NCBI GenBank assembly: GCA_038060895.1
Contig: JBBTCT010000015.1
Location: forward strand, 64,001-128,000
DNA length: 64,000 nucleotides
From: Planctomycetota bacterium
GTDB taxonomy: Bacteria > Planctomycetota > MHYJ01 > WSZJ01
Direction: 5' to 3'
In this document: one piece after another, positions 22,263 to 30,611 of the stretch
Layout: each line of letters starts with the position of its first letter
Numbering within the stretch: position 1 is the stretch's first letter
Notes under the pieces: generated by a model
What the model saw: the letters and a program-made list of their open reading frames with translations, nothing else
Told to the model about the DNA's origin: nothing
The model's database searches: none
Translations under genes and position numbers: made by a program

Positions 22263-22400
22263 CTAATTTCTAATATCTAATATGTAATACATAATATCGA
22301 ATGCGCAGGGCGCGCGCACCGAGCGGTGAGTGAATTCCGGGACACTGCGCCCCATCAGGAAGTCGTTCATTAGAAATTGGATATTAGATATTCGATATTC
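22263..22400. repeat. AT-rich inverted heptamer arrays flanking a GC core
   Basis: (CTAATAT)n-like at 22263-22302 and (ATTAGAT)n-like at 22369-22400. Confidence 0.85.
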
Positions 22401-22551
22401 ATCATTAAGCCTTTCTTCCCGCTACTGCGTGCCTCTCCGTTCGTTTACAATTCTTATGAACCTTAGGCACCACAAGGTCCGATAACAAACACAGGGGGTC
22501 CGGCGAACGGCACAGCCGTCACGTGGCAAAGGGGAGAAGGAGAGGCTCATC

Positions 22552-23850
22552 ATGATCCGCATGGAACCCAACGTCGTCCTTCGCTTCTCGGCCCTGCTCG
22601 ACGAGTTCATCAAGATCCGCTCGTTCAGCGCCGCCGAAATCAGCGAACTCCTGCACTTTGCCCGCGTCCCGGACAAGAACGCCTACCGCGGACTCGTCGT
22701 CAACGCCTGCGTCATCGCGTATCCCGAACTCGCGGACGCCGCTTCACGCAGGATCCCCGCCGGCCGGCGGGCGATCGACGAGGAGTTTTACCGGCTGTGC
22801 GTCGAAGTGAATCCTGCGCTCGACATCACGCAGGTCGTTCTCCCCGCGGCGTCGGAGCCGAAGTCCCAGCTGCACCTGCTCAACGCGCCGCAGCCGGAGC
22901 CCGCGCAGGAGATGGCGAAAGTGGCGCGGCTCGAAGAGCGGCTTGCGGAGCGCGTCATCGGCCAGTCGGACGCGGTGCACGCGGTCGCGCAGGTCGTGCG
23001 TCGTGCGGCGGCCGGGCTGCGCGACACGTCGCGGCCGATGGGGACGTTCTTCTTCATCGGGCAGACGGGCGTGGGGAAGACCGAGCTCGCGAAGGCGCTC
23101 ACGGACACGGTATTCGACGACCGCTCGCGCATGGTCCGCATCGATTGCAGCGAATACGCCCTGCCGCACGAGTACGCCAAGCTGATCGGCGCGCCTCCCG
23201 GGTACATCGGCCACAACGAGGGCGGATTCCTCACCGAGGAGATGAAAAAGAAGGGCAAGGCCGTCGTGCTCTTCGACGAAATCGAAAAGGCCGACCAGAA
23301 AGTACACAACCTCCTGCTGCAGCTGTTCGACGAGGGCTTCATCACCGACTCCCACGGCGCGCGCATCTCGTTCGCCGACGCCATCGTCATCCTGACCTCG
23401 AACGTCGGCGTCGAGGAAGTCCGCGAGGCCCGCGAACGGATCGGCTTCGACCGCTCGAAGCGCGCTGGCCTCGACCGCGAGGCGCTGTTCGGCTGCACCG
23501 TGGACGCCCTGAAGAAAGAGTTCCGTCCCGAATTCCTCAATCGCATCGACGAGGTCGTGCTCTTCAATCCGCTCGGGCTTGACGACTGCGTGCGCATCGT
23601 CGAGAAGTTCCTCGGCGAGGTCGTCCACCACGCGACGCGCGCCGACCTGCGCCTCACCTGGACGTCGCCCGTGCCGAGGTTTCTCGCGGAAGCAGGCTTC
23701 AGCCCGGAGTACGGCGCTCGCGAACTGAGGCGGACCGTGACCGACCTCGTGGAAAACCCTCTGGCAGACGGGATCCTGGAAGGTGAGTTCCACCGCGGGG
23801 ACGAAGTGCAGATGGTGGTGAAGCGCGGAGGGATCGCCTTCAGAAATTGA
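22552..23850 (+). CDS. Single-NBD Clp-family AAA+ ATPase (ClpA/B NBD2-like)
   Basis: RVIGQ, GQTGVGKTELAK, IDCSEY, LIGAPPGYIG, LFDEIEKA, FRPEFLNRID and YGARELRR. Confidence 0.9.
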   Translation: MIRMEPNVVLRFSALLDEFIKIRSFSAAEISELLHFARVPDKNAYRGLVVNACVIAYPELADAASRRIPAGRRAIDEEFYRLCVEVNPALDITQVVLPAASEPKSQLHLLNAPQPEPAQEMAKVARLEERLAERVIGQSDAVHAVAQVVRRAAAGLRDTSRPMGTFFFIGQTGVGKTELAKALTDTVFDDRSRMVRIDCSEYALPHEYAKLIGAPPGYIGHNEGGFLTEEMKKKGKAVVLFDEIEKADQKVHNLLLQLFDEGFITDSHGARISFADAIVILTSNVGVEEVREARERIGFDRSKRAGLDREALFGCTVDALKKEFRPEFLNRIDEVVLFNPLGLDDCVRIVEKFLGEVVHHATRADLRLTWTSPVPRFLAEAGFSPEYGARELRRTVTDLVENPLADGILEGEFHRGDEVQMVVKRGGIAFRN

Positions 23851-23869
23851 CGGGGTTGTTAGGGGTTGG

Positions 23870-23914
23870 GAGTTCCGGAAGTTGAGTTCCGGGTTCCGCG
23901 TTCCGGGTTCCGCG
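23870..23914. repeat. Heptamer tandem repeat (GxGTTCC) between convergent genes
   Basis: GAGTTCC GGGTTCC GCGTTCC GGGTTCC. Confidence 0.7.
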
Positions 23915-23925
23915 TGGGGTTGGGG

Positions 23926-24426
23926 TCAGGTGTGGCGAGTCTTGCGCCGAACCGCGGTCGGGGGAGTGAGGCGCTTCGCCAGGAAGATCGCCCCTTCGAG
24001 CGGATTGTGGCAGTAGGGCGCCGTCTTCTTGAACCCCAGCGTTCGGTAGATGCCGAGAGCCGTTTCCAGTCTCGACACCGAATCCAGCTTCATCGTGCGG
24101 TACCCGAGCTTCCGTCCCCGCTCGACGATCGCCTCCGCCAGCGCGCGGCCGATTCCCAGGCCCCGGAAGCGCGGGCGCACGAACATCCTCTTCATTTCGC
24201 ACGCGCCGCGGCCGAGGCTTCGCAGTGCCACGCAACCGGCCGCGCTGTTGCCATGGCGGGCGAGGAGGAGCGCGCCGCCGGGAGGTCCGTAGCGGCCCGG
24301 AAGGCCGGCGAGCTCTTCCTCGAACGACTGGAAGCACAGGTCAACGCCCAGAAACGCCTGGTATTCGCGAAAGAGACGGCGAATGGTCGACAGGTCCGGG
24401 CCCCTGGTGACGTTGACGATTCCCAT
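23926..24426 (-). CDS. GNAT family acetyltransferase
   Basis: CEMKRMFVRPRFRGLGIGRAL and YRTLGF. Confidence 0.92.
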   Translation of the reverse strand: MGIVNVTRGPDLSTIRRLFREYQAFLGVDLCFQSFEEELAGLPGRYGPPGGALLLARHGNSAAGCVALRSLGRGACEMKRMFVRPRFRGLGIGRALAEAIVERGRKLGYRTMKLDSVSRLETALGIYRTLGFKKTAPYCHNPLEGAIFLAKRLTPPTAVRRKTRHT

Positions 24427-24512
24427 GTCGGGAGATTACCAACTTCGGCGGGATGGCCGGAAATCCCGCAATAATGCGGGGTCGGCGGAGTTTCCTTCTC
24501 AAAGGAGCCTTC

Positions 24513-25475
24513 ATGCGAAACACCTGTCTCTCCCTGGTCCTCCTCGCCGGAATTTCCTGCCCGGGACTTGCGGAAGAGGCCGGGACGCGCAGCGGCATCG
24601 CCTGGTACGGAACCTGGGAGCGCGGTCTCCGCGTCGCGAAATCCACGGGCCGCCCGATCCTGCTCATCTCCGCCGCGCCGCAGTGCCACGGCATCTCGGG
24701 GCTGTGGTGACCCGGAAAGCAGAAGATGGACGGGAGTTTCCTGTCCATGCCGGCAGTGATCGAAGCCTCGAAGGAGTTCGTCTGCATCCGGCTCGCGACG
24801 TACGAAAGCAAGGAAGAAGCGGAAGTCATCAAGTCGTACTTCATCGGCGCTTCAGGCGAGCTTGAAAACACCGTCTTTGCCCTGCTGGCGCCCGACGGAA
24901 CGAAGATCGGTCGCGCCGCCCGTTCTCCCTCGGCGGTGTACGCCGACGCCGCGCAACTGGCGGACGCCATGAATCAGGTTGCGGCGAAATACGAAGCGCG
25001 CAAGGACGGCAAGTGGGAGCTGCCGGTGATGAAGAACCTGCGGCTCGCAATCGACGTCGCGGCCTGCGACGGGCTCGCCGTCGTCGTGACCCTGGCGGCG
25101 GACAAGCAGGGCGCGGCCGCGCTGGAAGCGACGCTCGCTCCCGTGGCATGGAAAGAGCCGGTTGCGGGGAAATTCATTTACGCGACGGTCACGGAGCCGA
25201 AGGAGCTGGATGTCCTGAAGGGCGTGACGAAAAAGAGCGGCTTCCTCGTGATCGCGCCCGACACCTACGGGCTGGCAGGGAAGGTGCTGCTGGAGATCGA
25301 CCCGAAGTCAGCGCCGAAGGACCTTGAAGTGAGCCTTCAAAAGGGCGCATCGCTTCACAAACCCGTGGAAAAGGACCCCGCCGCGCACATCCGGGAAGGG
25401 CGTCGCCTGGGAATCGACTGGAAAACCGAGATTCCTGACACCGATCCTGGCCCGGGAGGAAAGGGCCCTCGCTGA
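24513..25475 (+). CDS. Secreted thioredoxin-like protein, probable selenoprotein (UGA at 24708-24710)
   Basis: AAGGAG RBS and signal peptide. ORFs 24513-24710 and 24726-25475 are in one frame separated by a single TGA, reading AKSTGRPILLISAAPQCHGISGLW*PGKQKMDGSFLS..KEFVCIRL. Confidence 0.8.
24726..24748 (+). promoter_or_regulatory. Candidate bacterial SECIS hairpin
   Basis: ATGGACGGGA-GTT-TCCTGTCCAT: a 10-bp stem with a G-U apical loop about 25 nt after the UGA. Confidence 0.7.
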
Positions 25476-25622
25476 GAATTCCGGGAAGTGCAGGGTTGCT
25501 CGAATTCGTACACCCCGCGGGCGAGGCTGCACGCCGTCGCCGTCCTTTGTTCCGCTGAATCAGCTCCCCCATGCGGCACGGAAAATGAGGTAGGAACCCC
25601 ATCGATACAAGCGGGGGGAGCC

Positions 25623-25727
25623 ATGGAACTGCTGTTCACGTTCGTTCTCGAGCTGGTGCTCCGGTTCTTCTGGAACCGGGTCCTGGGGCTTCCGCTCCCG
25701 GAGTGGTTTCTGAATCGGAGGCGCTGA
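25623..25727 (+). CDS. Small hydrophobic peptide (34 aa)
   Basis: GGGGAG RBS; MELLFTFVLELVLRFFWNRVLGLPLPEWFLNRRR. Confidence 0.5.
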   Translation: MELLFTFVLELVLRFFWNRVLGLPLPEWFLNRRR

Positions 25728-25739
25728 GAGGAGGCAATC

Positions 25740-25928
25740 ATGTGGTGCGTCCTGCTCTGCATCCTGTTCGATTGCATCTTCTGGCTTTGCGTTGCCGGCG
25801 ACCACTCGGCAGTAGCCCGGCGACCATCGAAGGGTGAAATCTCGCCGATCTGGATTTTCGTAAGCCTGGCGGCGTGTGGGCTGTTGTTGCTTCTCTATCT
25901 CAAACCGGGCAGTAGCCTGCGGCGTTGA
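25740..25928 (+). CDS. Small two-TM membrane protein (62 aa)
   Basis: Strong GAGGAGG RBS and two hydrophobic segments. Confidence 0.55.
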   Translation: MWCVLLCILFDCIFWLCVAGDHSAVARRPSKGEISPIWIFVSLAACGLLLLLYLKPGSSLRR

Positions 25929-25971
25929 AGCGCGCTGGCTTGTCCGTTCATCGAGGGCTAGGATTGCTTTT

Positions 25972-27030
25972 GTGAAGCGCTCCCTTGTTTCGATCGGCGT
26001 GATTTGCGCCGCGCTGTTGACTTCCTGCACCACCATCAAAGCCCACCTGATGGCCCGCGCTGCGACCAATGGGCTGTATTCGATCGCGAGCTACGAGGCC
26101 CAGGTCACGGAGCGCGGCCTGCTGCGGCGCGAGCCTGGGGTGCCGGTCGTCAAGACGGTCATCTACGAGCGTCCGTGGAAAGTGCGGGCCGAGGTCGTGG
26201 CACCCGCTGAACACGCCGGAGAGCTCTTCGTGTTCGACGGCGAAACGATGTCGATCTGGTGGCCCCAGTCCCGGATCGGGTTGCGGATCCGGGGGCTGGA
26301 GATTCCAGGCCGGCGCGAAGTCGCCGGCGTGATGCTCGAGAGTTTCACCTGGGTCCTTGGCCACTACGATCTGGACGACGAGGGACCGGGCCATCGCGCG
26401 GGGCGCGACGTCGAGCATTGGCGGTGCGATCCGATTGCCGAAGCGCCGCTCATCAAGCCGTACGACGCGTGGCTGGACGTCGAGAATCTGATGCCGCTTC
26501 AGGTCTCGATCAAGAACGCGCAGGGTGGCGAGTGGTACGGCATGGAGTTCGACTCGATTGACCTGGGCGCCGTGATTCCGCCGGGCGCGTTCCGGTTTGA
26601 GTTCCCCGAAGACGCGATGGTTTTCGACTGCGACCTGGGCAGTCCGGGCGTGACGATCGCCGAGGCGCAGGAGCTCGTGACGTTCCCGATCCTGCAGCCT
26701 GCGGAGTTGCCTGAAGGGCATTCGGTGCACAAGGTCATCCTGGGGGGAGACCTGGAAGCGGCGCCGATCGTGGCGCTGCTGATGCCCAAGGGCGCGCGCT
26801 GGCTGTCCCTGAGCGAAATGCTGAACCGGGGGCCGGCCAACCTTCCGGCGGTCGGAATACCTGTTCCGATCGGCGACGGGGAAGGGGTCCTGAATTTCGC
26901 GTTCGGCTTTACTATTCTCAGCTGGCCTGTGGAAAACACTTCCCTGACGCTGATCGGCAACCTGCCGTATCCCGAGATGATCGCAATCGCCGCTTCGGTC
27001 CCTCCCGTATCATCCGGACCTGCGAAGTGA
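25972..27030 (+). CDS. LolA/MucB-RseB-like lipoprotein with DUF4367-like C-terminus
   Basis: Lipobox ALLTSC, RPWKVRAE..VFDGETMSIW, GAFRFEFPEDA and FPILQPAELPEG. Confidence 0.75.
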   Translation: MKRSLVSIGVICAALLTSCTTIKAHLMARAATNGLYSIASYEAQVTERGLLRREPGVPVVKTVIYERPWKVRAEVVAPAEHAGELFVFDGETMSIWWPQSRIGLRIRGLEIPGRREVAGVMLESFTWVLGHYDLDDEGPGHRAGRDVEHWRCDPIAEAPLIKPYDAWLDVENLMPLQVSIKNAQGGEWYGMEFDSIDLGAVIPPGAFRFEFPEDAMVFDCDLGSPGVTIAEAQELVTFPILQPAELPEGHSVHKVILGGDLEAAPIVALLMPKGARWLSLSEMLNRGPANLPAVGIPVPIGDGEGVLNFAFGFTILSWPVENTSLTLIGNLPYPEMIAIAASVPPVSSGPAK

Positions 27031-27061
27031 ATCGCGAACTTCTGGACATCGGAGTCGTCGC

Positions 27062-28999
27062 ATGAGCCCGTCGCTGCAGGCAGCCCCTTTCGGTTCGTGG
27101 ACTTCCCCGATCACAACGGCCCTGATCACAGGTGAGACCATCGGGCTCGGCCAGCCTTCCTTTCATGCCGGCGAGATCTTCTGGACCGAGTCTCGCCCGA
27201 ACGAAGGCGGCCGCACTGCCCTGGTTCGCCGCGCTGGAGACCTGACGCCTCTTCCATTCAACGTCAGGACGCGCGTGAACGAATACGGCGGCGGCGCTTA
27301 CCTCGCCGGATCCGATGCCGTCTGGTTCTCGAACGACGTCGACAAACGCGTCTACTCGATCGACCGCGGTCAGACCCCGAGGCCCCTCACGCCCGCCGGA
27401 AAAATGCGCTTCGCCGATTTCGAGTTCGACGCACTCCGCGGGCGGCTGATCTGCGTCCGCGAAGACCACAACGTCACCGGAACGCAGGCCGAAACGACGC
27501 TTGCCGCGATTTCGCTCGACCGGGAATCCGAGGGAACCGTTCTTGTCCGTGGGAGCGACTTCTACTCATCTCCCAGGCTCAGCCCGGACGGGTCGCAGCT
27601 CGCGTGGCTTTCCTGGAATCATCCGAACATGCCGTGGGACGGGACCGAACTCCGTGTAGCGCAAATCCGCCCGGACGGTTCCCTCGGCGAAGCGCGTCTC
27701 GTCGCCGGCGGCGCCGAGGAATCGATCTTCCAGCCGGAGTGGTCCCCCGACGGCGTCCTGCACTTCGTGTCCGATCGCACGGGCTTCTGGAACATCTGCC
27801 GCGAGCGAAATGGCCGCGTGGAGCCGCTGACCGAACGCAAAGCCGAATTCGGGCGCCCGCAGTGGAACTTCGGCACTTCGACCTATGGATTCGATTCCGC
27901 GAAACGCATCGTGTGCCTCTTCTGCGAAGGCGGAGCCTGGCACCTGGCCCTCCTGGAGACGGAGACCGGGCGCCTCGATGAAGTCTCGGTTCCTTACACG
28001 GAAATGAGAGCGCTTCGAACCTCGCCCGGCCGCGCCCTGTTCCTCGCGGGTTCTCCGACCGAACCGGAAGCGCTGGTTCTGCTCGACCTGGCATCGCGGA
28101 AGACCGAGGTGATCCGCCGCTCGAGCGCGGCGGTGGTTGACCCCGCTTATCTGTCGCCCGCGGTGCCGATCGAATTCCCGACCGCGCGCGGCCTGTCGGC
28201 GCACGCCCTCTACTACGCGCCCCGAAACCGAGATTTCGCCGCGCCGGCAGGACAGCTGCCGCCGCTTCTCGTCGCCTGCCACGGTGGGCCGACGAGCGCC
28301 GCCACCAGCGAACTCGATCTCGAGACGCAGTTCTGGACCAGCCGCGGTTGCGCCGTCGTGGACGTGAACTACGGCGGGAGCACCGGCTACGGCCGCGCCT
28401 ACCGCGAGCGCCTGAACGGACAGTGGGGGATCGTGGACTTGGAGGACTGCGAAGCGGCGGCGCGCCATCTCGTTAAGCGCGGGCTTGCCGACCCGAAGCG
28501 CATCGCGATTCGCGGCGGAAGCGCCGGCGGCTACACGACGCTGCGCGCGCTGACGCGAAGCCGCGTCTTCAGCGCGGGAGCGAGCTACTACGGCATCGGG
28601 GACCTGGAAGTGCTCGCGGACGACTTTGGGCACAAGTTCGAGTGGAAGTACAGCGTGCGGCTCGTAGGTCCGTGGCCCGAGGCTCGCGAACTCTATCGCG
28701 ATCGCTCACCGGTGTGGGAGGCGGACCGGATCACAGCGCCCGTGATTTTCCTGCAGGGACTCGACGACGTCGTCTGCCCTCCGCGCCAGACGGAGATGAT
28801 GGTCGATGCTCTTCGGAAGCGTGGCGCGCCGTTCGCCTACCTCGCATTCGAGAGGGAGGGGCACGGCTTCCGCCGCGCGGAGACGATCGCGCGCGCCCTG
28901 GAGGCCGAGCTTTCGTTTTACTCCCGCGTGTTCGGGTTCGAGCCCGCGGGGGGCGCCGCGCCGATCCCTTTTGAGGGCAGCCTGCCGCGTCCCGAATGA
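27062..28999 (+). CDS. S9 family (prolyl oligopeptidase-like) peptidase
   Basis: APFGSWTSPIT, HGGPT, NYGGSTGYGR, GGSAGG, QGLDD and EGHGFRR. Confidence 0.95.
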   Translation: MSPSLQAAPFGSWTSPITTALITGETIGLGQPSFHAGEIFWTESRPNEGGRTALVRRAGDLTPLPFNVRTRVNEYGGGAYLAGSDAVWFSNDVDKRVYSIDRGQTPRPLTPAGKMRFADFEFDALRGRLICVREDHNVTGTQAETTLAAISLDRESEGTVLVRGSDFYSSPRLSPDGSQLAWLSWNHPNMPWDGTELRVAQIRPDGSLGEARLVAGGAEESIFQPEWSPDGVLHFVSDRTGFWNICRERNGRVEPLTERKAEFGRPQWNFGTSTYGFDSAKRIVCLFCEGGAWHLALLETETGRLDEVSVPYTEMRALRTSPGRALFLAGSPTEPEALVLLDLASRKTEVIRRSSAAVVDPAYLSPAVPIEFPTARGLSAHALYYAPRNRDFAAPAGQLPPLLVACHGGPTSAATSELDLETQFWTSRGCAVVDVNYGGSTGYGRAYRERLNGQWGIVDLEDCEAAARHLVKRGLADPKRIAIRGGSAGGYTTLRALTRSRVFSAGASYYGIGDLEVLADDFGHKFEWKYSVRLVGPWPEARELYRDRSPVWEADRITAPVIFLQGLDDVVCPPRQTEMMVDALRKRGAPFAYLAFEREGHGFRRAETIARALEAELSFYSRVFGFEPAGGAAPIPFEGSLPRPE

Positions 29000-29041
29000 C
29001 GTTGACCTGCGGCCGGACCGCATGGTGTCGTTTTGGAACTC

Positions 29042-29317
29042 ATGCGACTCTTCGGCCCCAAACGCATCTCCTGCCCCGGCGGCCAGTGGACGACGGTCCT
29101 GAAGACGTCTTTCGCGCAGATGCCGAAATCGTGGTCCGTGCACTTCGAAGGAGAGCCACGGGGGGAGTTCGAGGAAAAGAAGTCGGCGTGGATTTTCCCG
29201 GGGACTCCGAAGCGGGGGCCGCTCTCGCCGGAAATGACCTTCTACCGCGGATACTGGAATACGTTCTTCATCGTCCGTGTGTGCCCGGCAGCGGATATCG
29301 TGGCCGTCGTCGATTGA
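29042..29317 (+). CDS. Small hypothetical protein
   Basis: Fills the gap between co-directional genes and has typical codon usage. Confidence 0.55.
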   Translation: MRLFGPKRISCPGGQWTTVLKTSFAQMPKSWSVHFEGEPRGEFEEKKSAWIFPGTPKRGPLSPEMTFYRGYWNTFFIVRVCPAADIVAVVD

Positions 29318-29330
29318 AGGGAGGCACGGC

Positions 29331-30611
29331 ATGAAGATCGCGTGGTCGCTCGTCGCCGTTCTCGCCGTTGCCGTGCAGGCAGGCCCGCAGCCGCCGGAAA
29401 TCGACTACGTCGACGAGCAGGATGACGCCAAGGCGGCGCTGATGCTCGAAAAGCTCCTGAAGAAGCCGCTGACGGCGAAAGACGCCGCGCGCATCGCCGA
29501 CACGATCGCAAAGAAACGCCTCTATGCGACGGGGCTCAAGGACACGCAGACGCTGAAGTTCGAATGCCCCGACGGGGTGTCCCGCGAGTTCACGTACTAC
29601 CTCCCGAAGAAGTACGCCCCGAACAAGGCCGTGCCCGTCGTCGTGTGGCTGCACGGCGCCATCAGCCAGCCCCCGCCGGGAGGAGGGCACCACGAGTCGA
29701 AAACGTTCGGCGCGGCCGTCGAGGAACTCGGCCCGATCATGGTGGGCCCCTCGACCCACAGCAAAGTCGAGTGGGGCGAACCCGCGAACCGCGCGCTTTT
29801 GCGCCACGCGGTCGAGTACGTGAAGCGCAACTTCCGCGTCGACGACGACCGCGTCTACCTCGCCGGGGATTCCGATGGCGGCCGCGGCACGTACGCCATC
29901 CTCGAGACGCTCGCGGGGACGTTCGCCTGCGCGATCCCCGTCATCGGATCGCCCGGCGGCGTCACGCGCTTCAATAACTTGCGCAATCTCTCCCTCCTCG
30001 CCATCAACGGCGAGAAAGACGGACTGTTTACCATCGCCGAAGTCCGCAAGGACGTCGAAGGCATGAAGGCCTCCGGCATCGACATCACGTTCGTCGAGAT
30101 GGCGGGGAAGGGGCACGACCCGAGCCTCTTCATCCAGAAGGGCGACGCCGTGCGCAAGTTCATCCTCGCGCATACGCGAGATCCCTTCCCGAAGACCGTG
30201 CACTGGTGCGTGGACAAGACGGAGGGGGAAACCGCGCTGAAGTTCCCGGCGAACACGTTCCGGTGGATCCGGATCGAGGAGGCGGGGGAGGCAAAGAGCC
30301 AGCATGCGTTCGAGGATGCGTCGAAGGGGCTGCTGCGGGCCGACCTGCCGCGGATCGAGGCGGTGCGGGACGGGAACAAGATCGTCGTGCGCACGAGCGG
30401 GGTCACGAAGTACACGGTGCTGCTCGCGCCGGGGATGGTCGATTTCGCGAAGCCGGTCGTGATCGAGACGAACGGGAAGCCGTCGTTCGAGGGAACGGTC
30501 GTTGCTGACGCGCGGACGGTGCTTGAAGAAGCGCGGCAGTTTCGAGATGGGAAGCTCGTTTTCCAGGCGCGCGTCACGGTTGAAGTCGACGCTTTGCCCC
30601 GGGACAAGTAG
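29331..30611 (+). CDS. Secreted alpha/beta hydrolase (PHB depolymerase/peptidase-like)
   Basis: GGGAGG RBS, signal peptide, WLHG, RVYLAGDSDGG, NGEKD and GKGH. Confidence 0.85.
   Translation: MKIAWSLVAVLAVAVQAGPQPPEIDYVDEQDDAKAALMLEKLLKKPLTAKDAARIADTIAKKRLYATGLKDTQTLKFECPDGVSREFTYYLPKKYAPNKAVPVVVWLHGAISQPPPGGGHHESKTFGAAVEELGPIMVGPSTHSKVEWGEPANRALLRHAVEYVKRNFRVDDDRVYLAGDSDGGRGTYAILETLAGTFACAIPVIGSPGGVTRFNNLRNLSLLAINGEKDGLFTIAEVRKDVEGMKASGIDITFVEMAGKGHDPSLFIQKGDAVRKFILAHTRDPFPKTVHWCVDKTEGETALKFPANTFRWIRIEEAGEAKSQHAFEDASKGLLRADLPRIEAVRDGNKIVVRTSGVTKYTVLLAPGMVDFAKPVVIETNGKPSFEGTVVADARTVLEEARQFRDGKLVFQARVTVEVDALPRDK

Noticed and set aside
22303-22368. GC core of the AT-rich palindrome as a tRNA or ncRNA
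   Set aside because: No cloverleaf, T-loop or known riboswitch motif is recognisable; an Rfam/Infernal scan would settle it.
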